In this document: piece after piece, positions 25,778 through 35,957 of the stretch
How the letters are laid out: the number at the start of each line of letters is the position of its first letter
How positions within the stretch are numbered: position 1 is the stretch's first letter
From: a virus
Virus record (IMG/VR): IMGVR_UViG_3300029109_000001
Strand: one strand, 5' to 3'
DNA length: 42,137 bases
The notes under the pieces: generated by a model
Databases searched by the model: none
What the model saw: the letters and a program-made list of their open reading frames with translations, nothing else
Told to the model about the DNA's origin: nothing
Position numbers and translations under genes: made by a program

Positions 25778-28700
25778 ATGGCCGAGTATACTGCGGGTGT
25801 CGCAAAGGTTGAGATCAGGCCAAACCTTTCGGGTTTCTCCAAGCGCCTGAAAGCGGAGCTGGAGCGGATCAATGCCCAATTCGGTGTGGAGATCCGCCCG
25901 GATTTGAGCGATTTCCGGGAGCAGTTGCGCGCTGAAATGGCCAATCTTCCTACCGCTGAGATTGATGTAGATGTGGATGCTGCCGCAGCCAAGGGGAAGA
26001 TTTCCCAGCTGGGCCGGGACCAGAAACTCACGATCCAGGCCGAGGCAGATACCACAGAAGCTAAAAACGGTATCGAATACCTCACCCGCCCGCAAAAGGT
26101 CACTATCGAGGTTGATGCTGATACTGCCCCCGCTAAAGAGCGTATCGACCAGGCCGCTAAAAACCGCCACGTCACGGTTGAGGTTGATGCGGACACCGCG
26201 GCTGCGAAAGCAAAAATCGCTGCTGCCGCCCGTGACCGTAAAGCCAAAATCGACGTGGACACAGGTGGCGCCGCGTCCGGCCTAGCGTCCATGGCCACCC
26301 AGGCCGCTGGTGCCGCATCATCACTAGGCATGGTAGGAGCCCAAGCAACCGGCATCGGCATCATTGCCGTTGCCGCTGCCGGCTGTATCGGCCCCCTGGC
26401 ATCCGTGGCGGCAGCCGCCTCCGGCGTGATCGGTGTGCTGGGCGTACTCCCCGGCATAGCCGCGTCCGCAGCAGCTGGCCTGGCCACCCTAGGCATCGGC
26501 CTGAGCGGTGTGGGTGCAGCGTTTTCTGCCATGGGGAAATCCGCCGGCGGCGCAGCCGACGACACCGCGGACAAAATGAAGCAGCTGCAGCGGCAGGTGG
26601 AGTCTGCCGAACGCGGCCTGGTGCAGGCCAACCGGCGGGTAGAAGACGCCGAACGGCGGGTAGCCGACGCGCAGAAGAACACCCGAAAAGCCCAAGACGC
26701 CCTCAACGACGCCCGCAAAGAAGCCATCAAAGACCTGAAAGAGCTCAAGGGCGAGCTAGAAGACGCAGCCCTAGGGGAAGAAGAAGCCGTCCTGGCTGTT
26801 GCCCGCGCCCGCCAATCCCTGATCGACGCCCAGGCCGATAAGGATTCTTCCGGCCTGGATATCGCCGAAGCCGATCTGGCATACCGCAAAGCGGTAAAAA
26901 ACCTTGACGGCATTCGGGAGAAAAACAACCAGCTGGCCAGGGACGTGCAGGCAGCGAACGACGCCGGCATCGAGGGCTCACAGAAAGTCCAGGACGCGAA
27001 AGAAAAAGTCGAGGCGGCCACCCGCGGGGAGGCCGACGCACAACGCGCCCTCCTGGAAGCAAACGAAAACGTGCTGGTCGCCCAGGAACGTCTCGACGAC
27101 GCCTTGGAAAACCTGGCGAAAGGAGCATCTTCCGCTGCCGGCGGCGTCGACCCCTTCGCCGAAGCGCTAGCGAACCTGTCCCCGAAAGCACGCGAGTTTG
27201 TGCTGGCCATGCAGGCCCTGGGTGGCGAGTGGCAGGACCTGAAATTCGCAGTCCAGGACAATCTTTTCGACGGCTTGGCTGAGGATGTCACGAACCTGGC
27301 GACCGTGCAGCTACCCGTGCTGAAGACCGGCCTGGCCGGGATCGCTACCGAAATCAACACCGGGCTGCGCGCAAACATCGCAGCGTTGTCCAGTGAGGCT
27401 TCCCAAACCGGCCTGGCCACCATGCTGGAAAACACCCGGCAAGCGTTTGCCGGCACAAACCAGGCGGCCGGCCCCCTCACCCAGGCCATTGTGGATATCG
27501 GCGCAGCAAGCTCCGCATATTTGCCCCAGCTAGGCCAATACCTGGGTGAAGCAGGGGCTCGCCTGGGTGAATTCCTCACCCAGGCAACCCAAACCGGCCA
27601 GTTCGACCAGTGGGTACAAAACGGCATCACCACCCTGAAAGGCATCGGCCAAACCCTCTCCGATGTGGGCGGCATCATCAGTGGGGTTTTCCAGGCCGCT
27701 GCCACCGCCGGCCAATCTTCCCTGGGCCCACTCGGCCAGGTGCTGTCCATGGTCAACGAGTTCGTAAGCAGTGTGCAGGGGCAGCAAGCCTTAGGGTCGT
27801 TCTTCTCCGCTATGACTGATGGCCTGGCCGCTCTCATGCCTATCCTGTCCACGGCCCTCACTTCTATCGGCACCACGATCATGCCGGCTATCAGTGATTT
27901 TGTTCAGCAGGCTGCGCCGGGTGTTCAGATGTTTGTGCAGGGTTTCGCGGATGGGTTGTCTGCTTTGGCTCCGGCGATGGGGCCGATTGGCCAGCTGTTG
28001 GGTGATATTGGTGCCGCCCTGGCGCCGCTTCTTCCCGTGTTGGGTGAGTTGCTGACTGCTGTGCTGGTGCCGGTTGCGCAGGGTTTGAGTCAGGTGGTGG
28101 GCGCCCTGGCGCCGGTGATTCAGATTGTTGCTACAGGTTTAACACCGATTATTCAACAGCTGGCCCCGGTGTTTGCTGACTTGGTGAGCACGTTTGCTGA
28201 CTTGGTGGTGCAGTACCTGGGTCAGCTAACCCCATATCTTTCGCAGGTTGTGGCGGCGTGGCAGCAGATTTTTGATGCTGTGACACCGTTGATCCCGATG
28301 CTCACCAAGTTGGCGTTTGATATTATCTCTCCGCTGATTCCGATCATCGGTGCCCTGCTGCCTGTGATCGCCGGTGTGGTGCAGGCGTTTGCGCAGGTGG
28401 TGACGGCTGTTGCCCCGGTGATCGCTATCATCATCGAGCTCATCGGCGCCGTCGTGAAGGTTTTAGCCGCAATCATTAACTTTGTGGTGCAGGCGGTGAC
28501 GAACTGGGATTCTTTCAAAGCCCGGCTAATCGCTGCTACTAGCCAGTTCATCACGAAGATTATTAGCTCCTTCCAGCAGTTTATTTCCCGCGCCGTGAGC
28601 CTGATCGTTGATTTCGGCAAGCGGCTGGTGAACCAGTTCGTGGCCATGTGGAATAACGCTTCTGCCGCGGTTGCTAATGGTGTGAAGGCTGTGGTGGAAA

Positions 28701-30742
28701 AGGTTAAGGGTATCCGCCAGCTGGTGCTTGACGTGTTCAAGGGCGCTAAGGATTGGCTGATTAATGCCGGCAAAACCATCATTAGTGGTCTGTGGAATGG
28801 CATGAAAGACATGTGGGAGAACGTTACGGAGTGGTTTAGCGATAAGCTGAGCGCTATCCGCAGCCTGTTCTCCAGTCGCGCTAGCCGCCACGCCACAGGT
28901 TCGGTTCGCCGTTATGCTGCTGGTGGGGAAGATCATTCCCCGCAGATCGCAGCTGGTGGCGAATGGCGTGTATGGGCAGAACCCGAGACCGGCGGCGAAG
29001 CCTACATCCCTTTGGCTAATGACTACCGGCGTTCCCGCGCTGTGGCGATTACTGCCGCGGTGGCGGACCACTTCGGTTATAGTCTGGTGGATGCTAAGGG
29101 GAAGGGCTTCGCCCCGGTAGCGAAGGGCAGCCTAGGTCCTACGGATGTGCGCGCTTTCGCCGAGGGCGGCATCACCATTGAGGACCTGGATACGTTTGCT
29201 TCCGACCTGGAGGGCAAACCCTACGTGTGGGGCGGCGTCCATTGGGGTGACTGTAGTGGTGCCATGTCAGCGATTGCCCGCTACACCGCGGGGGTTGACC
29301 CTTGGGGCGGCCGGTTTACGACCGCATCAGAAAAAGAAGGCCTGGCCGCCCTTGGGTTCCTTCCCGGTCTGGGGCCTTCTGGGTCACTGCAGATCGGCTG
29401 GTATAACGGTGGCGCAGGCGGCGGACACACCAGTGGCACCCTCCCGTCCGGCACTGCTGTTGAGATGGGTGGCGGCCGCGGCAATGGACAGTTCGGTGGC
29501 AGTGCGGCACCTGCTAGCCATCCCCAGTACACGGATCATGCGCATGTGCCGGCGGAGTTTTTCGCCCCGATCAAGGTGCCCCGCATGGGCGGTTTGGGCG
29601 ATATTGATTTCGGCCACACCACCACTGATGGGGCTTCCGCCAGTGCTGTGGAGACCACTGACCCGTCGGGCGATAAACTCAAAAAGTTCCGGGCGTCGGG
29701 TAAGTCTGACCCGGATTCGTATGTGACCGGGGCGAAATCAGATGGCCCATCCAGCATTTCGGAGATTGTTGCTGATTTCGCTAAGACCGCGGCGGCAGGC
29801 CACACCAAGGACCTGCTGGGGTTGGTGGGTGTGTCTGATGACATCCCGATGGTGAAGGCCTATAGCCAGTGGCTAAAAGCCCGGCAGAGCGTATCAAAGC
29901 GCTCGGGGACCGCCGCGAAGCAGAAAGAAATCACCAGCCTGTCCCAGGCTGCCGCGAGCGTGATTGACGCCGACCCGCAGGTGGATACGGTAGAGGTCAC
30001 CGGCCTGGATCTGGTGGGCGGTCTCTCACCGATCAAAGCGCCAAAAGCCGATGACGGTGATATTGACCATGTGTATGTGCCAGGCGGCGGCGCTGAGCAG
30101 TGGCGCGGCATGGCCATGGCGGCGATGCGCCGGGTTGGTTTCGATGCTGACAATCCAGCGCAGGTTAACGCCATGATAAAGCAGATCCAGTCAGAGTCCG
30201 GCGGTGACCCGAATATTGCCCAGCAGATCGTGGATATAAATGGGTCCGGGGAATCAGCGGGTGTGGGATTGTTGCAGATCATTCCGGCAACCTACGCTGC
30301 CCACCGGGACCCCGAGCTCCCTAACGACCGCCGGAACCCGTTCTCGAATATGGTGGCAGCGCTCCGCTACTACCGCAGCCGGTACGGTTTCGATTTGACC
30401 ACGATGTGGGGTCAGGGCCACGGCTATGCAGGTGGCGGGCTGGTGGAAGGCTCTGGTGGCCCTACCGATGATCTCATCCCCGCATGGCTGTCCAATGGTG
30501 AATTTGTGGTGCGTGAGGCGGCAACGCGGCATGCCAGGCCGCTGCTGGAAATGCTCAATAGCGATCCGCAGCACGCTAGGGCCATCACCCAAGCCGCTAC
30601 GGGCACCCCACCGAACCCACCTGTAGACCCACCCGCCCCGGTGGAAGTGCACTATCACATTGAAACGAACAACGTGGAGGAAGGCCTGCGCCGGTCGGAG
30701 ATGCATGCCCGGCAACAGGTCATGGCCATGAACGGCGCATAG
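25778..30742 (+). CDS. Tape measure protein with NlpC/P60-like and SLT lytic transglycosylase motifs
   Basis: GGGGGGtgttggttATG start; 1655 aa; KPYVWGG...GDCSG motif; ESGGDP...GLLQI motif; about 63-bp tandem repeats (EVDADTA.AK) near the N-terminus. Confidence 0.85.
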   Translation: MAEYTAGVAKVEIRPNLSGFSKRLKAELERINAQFGVEIRPDLSDFREQLRAEMANLPTAEIDVDVDAAAAKGKISQLGRDQKLTIQAEADTTEAKNGIEYLTRPQKVTIEVDADTAPAKERIDQAAKNRHVTVEVDADTAAAKAKIAAAARDRKAKIDVDTGGAASGLASMATQAAGAASSLGMVGAQATGIGIIAVAAAGCIGPLASVAAAASGVIGVLGVLPGIAASAAAGLATLGIGLSGVGAAFSAMGKSAGGAADDTADKMKQLQRQVESAERGLVQANRRVEDAERRVADAQKNTRKAQDALNDARKEAIKDLKELKGELEDAALGEEEAVLAVARARQSLIDAQADKDSSGLDIAEADLAYRKAVKNLDGIREKNNQLARDVQAANDAGIEGSQKVQDAKEKVEAATRGEADAQRALLEANENVLVAQERLDDALENLAKGASSAAGGVDPFAEALANLSPKAREFVLAMQALGGEWQDLKFAVQDNLFDGLAEDVTNLATVQLPVLKTGLAGIATEINTGLRANIAALSSEASQTGLATMLENTRQAFAGTNQAAGPLTQAIVDIGAASSAYLPQLGQYLGEAGARLGEFLTQATQTGQFDQWVQNGITTLKGIGQTLSDVGGIISGVFQAAATAGQSSLGPLGQVLSMVNEFVSSVQGQQALGSFFSAMTDGLAALMPILSTALTSIGTTIMPAISDFVQQAAPGVQMFVQGFADGLSALAPAMGPIGQLLGDIGAALAPLLPVLGELLTAVLVPVAQGLSQVVGALAPVIQIVATGLTPIIQQLAPVFADLVSTFADLVVQYLGQLTPYLSQVVAAWQQIFDAVTPLIPMLTKLAFDIISPLIPIIGALLPVIAGVVQAFAQVVTAVAPVIAIIIELIGAVVKVLAAIINFVVQAVTNWDSFKARLIAATSQFITKIISSFQQFISRAVSLIVDFGKRLVNQFVAMWNNASAAVANGVKAVVEKVKGIRQLVLDVFKGAKDWLINAGKTIISGLWNGMKDMWENVTEWFSDKLSAIRSLFSSRASRHATGSVRRYAAGGEDHSPQIAAGGEWRVWAEPETGGEAYIPLANDYRRSRAVAITAAVADHFGYSLVDAKGKGFAPVAKGSLGPTDVRAFAEGGITIEDLDTFASDLEGKPYVWGGVHWGDCSGAMSAIARYTAGVDPWGGRFTTASEKEGLAALGFLPGLGPSGSLQIGWYNGGAGGGHTSGTLPSGTAVEMGGGRGNGQFGGSAAPASHPQYTDHAHVPAEFFAPIKVPRMGGLGDIDFGHTTTDGASASAVETTDPSGDKLKKFRASGKSDPDSYVTGAKSDGPSSISEIVADFAKTAAAGHTKDLLGLVGVSDDIPMVKAYSQWLKARQSVSKRSGTAAKQKEITSLSQAAASVIDADPQVDTVEVTGLDLVGGLSPIKAPKADDGDIDHVYVPGGGAEQWRGMAMAAMRRVGFDADNPAQVNAMIKQIQSESGGDPNIAQQIVDINGSGESAGVGLLQIIPATYAAHRDPELPNDRRNPFSNMVAALRYYRSRYGFDLTTMWGQGHGYAGGGLVEGSGGPTDDLIPAWLSNGEFVVREAATRHARPLLEMLNSDPQHARAITQAATGTPPNPPVDPPAPVEVHYHIETNNVEEGLRRSEMHARQQVMAMNGA

Positions 30743-30767
30743 CTGGTACACCGTTGGAAGGAGTTGG

Positions 30768-31658
30768 TTGGTTGTGTTGGATATTGGAACGCCCGCCCGC
30801 ATCGATATCACGGACATTTACGGTCGCACGTGGACTGTTTCCGGTGCGGGTATGGGGGCGGAAGGTGTCGAGCTGGCTGAAGACCCCCAGGGCCTGTTTG
30901 ATGAGGCGCCCATTTCAGGCATCTGGCAGCAATCCGCATTCCAGGAAGGCTCCACCTACCTAGGGCACACCATCGAGCCCATCGACTTGGTACTGGGATT
31001 CGATATTTACGGTGATGATGGTGACTGGGAAACCATCGAATCCCGTTTTTATTCGGGCTTCGCCCCGGACACCCCGGCCACTATCATGGTCACCACCAAC
31101 GGTGAGTGCCGCACCCTAGAGGTTGTCAAGCTCAAGGAGAGTAAAACGCAGTCGAAGAAGGATCCGCGGCTTCTCCACCATTCCAAACTCATCCTGAACC
31201 TGCGTGCCCCGTTCCCGTTCTGGAAAGGGGACACGCACGTGGCGGCGTTCAAGGCTGCCCCGGGCAGCACCAGCGGCACACTGACGGTGCATAACCCCAC
31301 CGACCGGCCTTTGTGGCTGCAGTGGGCGATGACCGCACCCGGCCAGTGGACTATCCCTGATTATGATTTCGCGGACCCCACTGGCCGCGATGGTCGGCGC
31401 ACTATCACCACCCCACAACTCCGCCCCGGGGAAGACCTGACGATCGACACCTACCCACGCCACGAGCGCTACGTAGCCGCCAACGGATCCAATGTGGCCG
31501 GCCGGTTTGCCGGTGTGGATTTCCTCTACCCACTCCCACCCCACACACCACCCACCGTGATACCAGTCAAAGCCACCCTCACCGGCGGCGTGGAATCATC
31601 TATCCAGTGCCGCATGGTCGAATACTGGACCCGCCCGTGGGGCGGAAGGAGGCTCTAA
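30768..31658 (+). CDS. Distal tail protein (Dit)
   Basis: GGAAGGAG RBS; first gene after the tape measure. Confidence 0.65.
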   Translation: MVVLDIGTPARIDITDIYGRTWTVSGAGMGAEGVELAEDPQGLFDEAPISGIWQQSAFQEGSTYLGHTIEPIDLVLGFDIYGDDGDWETIESRFYSGFAPDTPATIMVTTNGECRTLEVVKLKESKTQSKKDPRLLHHSKLILNLRAPFPFWKGDTHVAAFKAAPGSTSGTLTVHNPTDRPLWLQWAMTAPGQWTIPDYDFADPTGRDGRRTITTPQLRPGEDLTIDTYPRHERYVAANGSNVAGRFAGVDFLYPLPPHTPPTVIPVKATLTGGVESSIQCRMVEYWTRPWGGRRL

Positions 31659-33349
31659 TGACCACCACTCCGCACCTGATGCCAGGCACCCAAACCCTCG
31701 ACCAAACCACCCTAGACCGGCTAGAAGCAGCGTGGCGGAAAGGCCAAACCCTCAGACAAGACCGCATCCTAGCCCGCCGCACCCCACCTCTTATCCGGCT
31801 TTGGGATGGCGACTGGGGCCTCAAAGGCCGCCTAGTGGACGCCATTCACGCCAAATTCCAGTGGAAACTCAACGACACCGGGGCTGGTACTATCACCATT
31901 CCGATAGATCACTGGCTTGCCACCTGGGCCCTCGACCACCATAGTCGCCCCGCAAAAAATATCCACATCACCATGGACAAAGACGGGGCACGCTGGAGTG
32001 GCCGCCTGAAATCCACCCGCCTAGTAAAAGAACGCACAGGCCAAAGATACCTGGAGCTGAATTTCCTCCACGACTACGAAGAGCTCAAACACATCTATAT
32101 TTGGCCCAATCCGCTCACCCCGGCAGCAGTCCAATTCCCCCGAACCTTTATGCTGCTTGGCCCCACCAGGTGGGCCCTCAAGACCGCCCTCATGCTCAAT
32201 GTTTGGCGCTTGGAGGGCTCCGTGTGGGCGCTGCCCGACGACCCACTCGACCTTACCGAATGGACCGACACCTTCAACCCCCGCACCTGGTCAATTCAAG
32301 TCGCGCCGGGGCGGATCGGTGGTGATACCACCCCATGGGCCATTATTTCGTCGCGGATGAAAACGTGGCATGATATGGCGGCTAGTCCGCTGCGGCAGGC
32401 CCAGCTGATGGTGGAATGCCGCAGATACCTAGAAGGGGATCCACTGCCGTGGCCGGGTGCGAAAATCCGGCACGGGTGTTTGGTTATCGACATCGTGGAC
32501 AAGTCCTCGTGGTTTGATCCTGAAGGCACTTCCCTGTGGGGCACCATCCGGGAAGGTTTCCTCCGCACCACCCAACAACTGGTTGGCCATAACGTGGACA
32601 CCGAGCACACAGTGATCCCTAACCCAAATATCCCGGTGAAATACTCCGCCCCGAACTGGATCGGCACCATCCCCCAGTGCCCATACGTGCTATACCGGGA
32701 CGCACCACTGACCGGCATAGAAGCCGCGGATTTCACCTGGGAACCCGCCACCGCAGTCCAAATCCTCACCGGCGGCCACTCCACCTACGGCGTCAACGAA
32801 GCCCTATCATCCCTAGTGACACTGGTCGGAAACTACCTGGGTATGTTTATCGCCACACCAACCATCGGCGTCATCGCCGACACTCTCCTCAAACCCTTCT
32901 ACGAAGACACAATTCTCGCGTGGATGTCGCTAAAATCAATCCAGCGTAGCCGCACCTTAGGCTGGTCAAAATACTGGGAACACTTCGCCGAAGGGGCAGA
33001 CCGCGGCTATACGCTTTCCGCCCTGGCCGCACTCCGGGAGGGGTTTTGGGACACCCGCGAAAAAACCTCCCACAAACTCACCCTCGGCGACGGCGCCCCC
33101 TGGTTCATCGGCGACCGCGGCCAAGGTCACTTTTTCCTGGGCGACCGGATCGGCGCCACCATCAAAGGTATCCCCGGCGACCAAGTAGTCGTCGAGCAAG
33201 TCACTGAAATCACCTACGAACTAGACCGCGACACCCGCGGTTGGGCGTGTGTCTGCGGTGACCCCCAGGCCCAGCACTCACCCCTGGAACAAATCCTCAC
33301 CAGAGTGAAATCTTCCATGAGCAGTATCCATGATCTAGGAGTCATCTAA
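31658..33349 (+). CDS. Tail-associated (Tal / baseplate hub) protein
   Basis: GGAAGGAGGctctaATG start; 563 aa; gene order. Confidence 0.65.
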   Translation: MTTTPHLMPGTQTLDQTTLDRLEAAWRKGQTLRQDRILARRTPPLIRLWDGDWGLKGRLVDAIHAKFQWKLNDTGAGTITIPIDHWLATWALDHHSRPAKNIHITMDKDGARWSGRLKSTRLVKERTGQRYLELNFLHDYEELKHIYIWPNPLTPAAVQFPRTFMLLGPTRWALKTALMLNVWRLEGSVWALPDDPLDLTEWTDTFNPRTWSIQVAPGRIGGDTTPWAIISSRMKTWHDMAASPLRQAQLMVECRRYLEGDPLPWPGAKIRHGCLVIDIVDKSSWFDPEGTSLWGTIREGFLRTTQQLVGHNVDTEHTVIPNPNIPVKYSAPNWIGTIPQCPYVLYRDAPLTGIEAADFTWEPATAVQILTGGHSTYGVNEALSSLVTLVGNYLGMFIATPTIGVIADTLLKPFYEDTILAWMSLKSIQRSRTLGWSKYWEHFAEGADRGYTLSALAALREGFWDTREKTSHKLTLGDGAPWFIGDRGQGHFFLGDRIGATIKGIPGDQVVVEQVTEITYELDRDTRGWACVCGDPQAQHSPLEQILTRVKSSMSSIHDLGVI

Positions 33350-33747
33350 TGCCTATCCCTCTCCAAACTGCCTGCGACCCGGCATCCCCCGAAGAACACG
33401 CCCTCTGGGCCCTCGTCGGTCTGGCTGGCCCCGCCGCATCCGCCCCCCTCGTAGTCCCCACCAGCACGCTTAGGCAATGGTCAGAACACCTCTACCGGTG
33501 CGGCTTCCGCCACCACCCAGAACTCCAGGAAATAAAATACGTGCCGCCCCGCGGCCCCCATGATTGGATCACCGCAGCCGGCGGCACATGGGTAGACATC
33601 AACCAACCACTACCACCAGAGGTAACCGCCCCGGATATCTCCCACCTGTCCATGGCGGAAAAACGCGCCCTGCTCGACCAGCTCACCACAGATCTCACAC
33701 CTAAGGAACCCGCCACACGGCAGGAGGCGACAGTAAGCTATGACTGA
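33349..33747 (+). CDS. Minor tail protein
   Basis: taATG-coupled to Tal. Confidence 0.5.
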   Translation: MPIPLQTACDPASPEEHALWALVGLAGPAASAPLVVPTSTLRQWSEHLYRCGFRHHPELQEIKYVPPRGPHDWITAAGGTWVDINQPLPPEVTAPDISHLSMAEKRALLDQLTTDLTPKEPATRQEATVSYD

Positions 33748-34633
33748 CCCAAAGGCCCTCATCGAAAGCGGCGACTACCCACTAAAAACCCCCGGGGACA
33801 CGCTAGTAGGGGCCCAGGTCAAAACCATCACCCCCTACACCGAGCAAACCGTCAAAGACCGCGCCCGCCGCCAGGCCCTCGAAGCCATGCCCTTCGGAAA
33901 GAAAGGTTTGCCCGAGCTCATGGCCGACCTGGGAAAAACCGTACTCAGCGGCATCGCCGACATCTTCCGGGCTCTCGCCACCGGCGCCACGTTCGTCGTT
34001 AAGACCGGCTTGGAATTCATCGGCAGCCTACTGGGCCGGGTCTTCGACGCCGTGGGGAGCCTCATCAAACCGATGCAGAAAGAAATTAAAACCGGGCTCT
34101 CCGGCCAGCTCGCCCTCAACGACCGTATCGACCTGCTCGACGGCGCGCCGGGCTATGTGTGCGCTTATCAGACGGTGAATTTGAATAGTGCCTGGCAGGC
34201 AAATACGGCGCGGACTTTGCCCTTTAAGGGGCAGGTGGGGCCGGCAAAGAACGCGCATCTTGATACGGAAAACGGCATGATTGTGCTGGACGCCAAAGGC
34301 TTGTGGACGTTTAACGCCCGTTGCCATATTGGGAAAACCATTTATACCGGCTGGGGCTATTGTGATGTGAATCTTCTGGTGTATACGCCTGAGGGGCAGT
34401 TGTACCACGAGGTGGCTGCAACTTTCGAGACTCCGCAACAATATGCGCAATCACTGGTGCTGGCAACGGAACCGGTGGTGGTTGACCGGCCTGGTTATAA
34501 GGCGAAGATCCAGATCTACATGGCGAACTGGCGAACGTGCTACGGCGGCACCCGCTATTCCAGCTTTTCCGCGATTCGTCACTCTCACGAGGTGGAGAAC
34601 CTTGGTGAGCAAACTGTTCGAGACGAAGTATAA
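33740..34633 (+). CDS. Minor tail protein
   Basis: Overlaps the upstream gene; lies in the tail tip module. Confidence 0.55.
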   Translation: MTDPKALIESGDYPLKTPGDTLVGAQVKTITPYTEQTVKDRARRQALEAMPFGKKGLPELMADLGKTVLSGIADIFRALATGATFVVKTGLEFIGSLLGRVFDAVGSLIKPMQKEIKTGLSGQLALNDRIDLLDGAPGYVCAYQTVNLNSAWQANTARTLPFKGQVGPAKNAHLDTENGMIVLDAKGLWTFNARCHIGKTIYTGWGYCDVNLLVYTPEGQLYHEVAATFETPQQYAQSLVLATEPVVVDRPGYKAKIQIYMANWRTCYGGTRYSSFSAIRHSHEVENLGEQTVRDEV

Positions 34634-34657
34634 AACCGACAACAAGGAGGAAAAAAT

Positions 34658-35863
34658 ATGCGAACACTCATCATTGATCTGCGTGACGTGGGTGGTAAAC
34701 CCCACCCTGAGGACTACGTGCTCTTGCAAGCACCAGCGCTACGCGGGTCCGTTGAATCCACCGGAGCCGTCATCATGACCGCCCCGGTCCATGTTGATCT
34801 GACTGATGGCAAAGCCGAAATCCAGGTGGAACCCGGCCCGCTGCTGGTGCAGATCCGAACCCAGTCCGTGCGTGACTCCGGCCCGCTTGAGGTCATCGTC
34901 CCTGAAGGCACTGGCCCTGTATCACTGCGTACATGTATTGAGCGTAGCTTCCAATACCGCCCAGCGGTGGAGTCAGCAGTGGCGGCGGATGCTGACCGCG
35001 CCTATGCTGCCTGGCAGGGTGCCATCACTGCGGAGCGCGCTGCGGCCCAGTCCGCGAAGGCGGCAGCCACTGCTGCGGAAAATGCTCATGCTGCGGTGCA
35101 GCCGACGCCTCCCGCAAGTGCCACTGTGCAGGGCAAGATTCAGCTTGCTGGTGACCTGACCGGCACCGCTGCCGAGCCTAAGGTTATTACTGCGGGAGAC
35201 GTGGATTTCAGTATCCATCATGATGCGCCACGTGCCGCGTTTGTGAAGACTCGGGCGGATGGGCAGATCGCTATCACCACGCCCTCGATCACTAAGCCGG
35301 CTCATGCAACCAACAAGGACTATGTGGACAAAGCCGATAACAAACTCCGGCTGGAGAAAGCGGACAAGGAGCACACGCATCAACTCCGTGATATCCAGGG
35401 GCTTCCCTCGGCAGCATCAACGTTCCTGACTCCTGGCCAGGCTTCCCTCATGATTCGTAGTGATACTGGTCATGCGGATATTAGTGATCCCGTCACCGCC
35501 GCCCATATTGCTAATAAGGGCTATGTTGATACCAAAATCAAGGAGGTGAATCGGCGCATTGATGTGCCGGAAAATGATGATATTGTCCGCTGGGATGACG
35601 GTCAACTTGTCTTCACCCGGATTGGCGCTATGGTGTGGGCCGTTGTCGGGGCTGCTTCCGCTGGTGTGAAAGGCACCCTCCCGCCGAAATTACGCCCAGT
35701 GGCCCGGGATGTAGATTTCTTCCTCACCAGCCCAGAGAAACGCAGCACCCCCGGTTGGTGCACTATCACGAAGGAAGGCGTGGTGAGCGTGAATTTCTCG
35801 GACCCTGCAGCAAAGACTGGGTACGGCATGGGCATGTACATCCGAGATTTCGCCGTTAACTAA
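34658..35863 (+). CDS. Tail fibre / receptor-binding protein
   Basis: GGAGGAaaaaatATG start; GKIQLAGDLTGTAAEPKV fibre-type motif. Confidence 0.6.
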   Translation: MRTLIIDLRDVGGKPHPEDYVLLQAPALRGSVESTGAVIMTAPVHVDLTDGKAEIQVEPGPLLVQIRTQSVRDSGPLEVIVPEGTGPVSLRTCIERSFQYRPAVESAVAADADRAYAAWQGAITAERAAAQSAKAAATAAENAHAAVQPTPPASATVQGKIQLAGDLTGTAAEPKVITAGDVDFSIHHDAPRAAFVKTRADGQIAITTPSITKPAHATNKDYVDKADNKLRLEKADKEHTHQLRDIQGLPSAASTFLTPGQASLMIRSDTGHADISDPVTAAHIANKGYVDTKIKEVNRRIDVPENDDIVRWDDGQLVFTRIGAMVWAVVGAASAGVKGTLPPKLRPVARDVDFFLTSPEKRSTPGWCTITKEGVVSVNFSDPAAKTGYGMGMYIRDFAVN

Positions 35864-35887
35864 CAAACAAACTGGCACGAATGCGGA

Positions 35888-35925
35888 AACCCGCGGCCCC
35901 TCAAATGTGAGGCCGCGGGTTTTCT
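35888..35925 (+). terminator. Rho-independent terminator after the tail module
   Basis: aacccgcggcc-(loop)-ggccgcgggtt, then ttct. Confidence 0.7.
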
Positions 35926-35957
35926 AATACAAAAACAATTTCGAAAGGAGACTCTTC

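Noticed and set aside
26000-26280. Tandem direct repeats of about 63 bp read as a CRISPR-like array
   Set aside because: They lie inside the tape measure ORF and encode in-frame EVDADTA.AK peptide repeats. There is no spacer-like variability and no cas genes.
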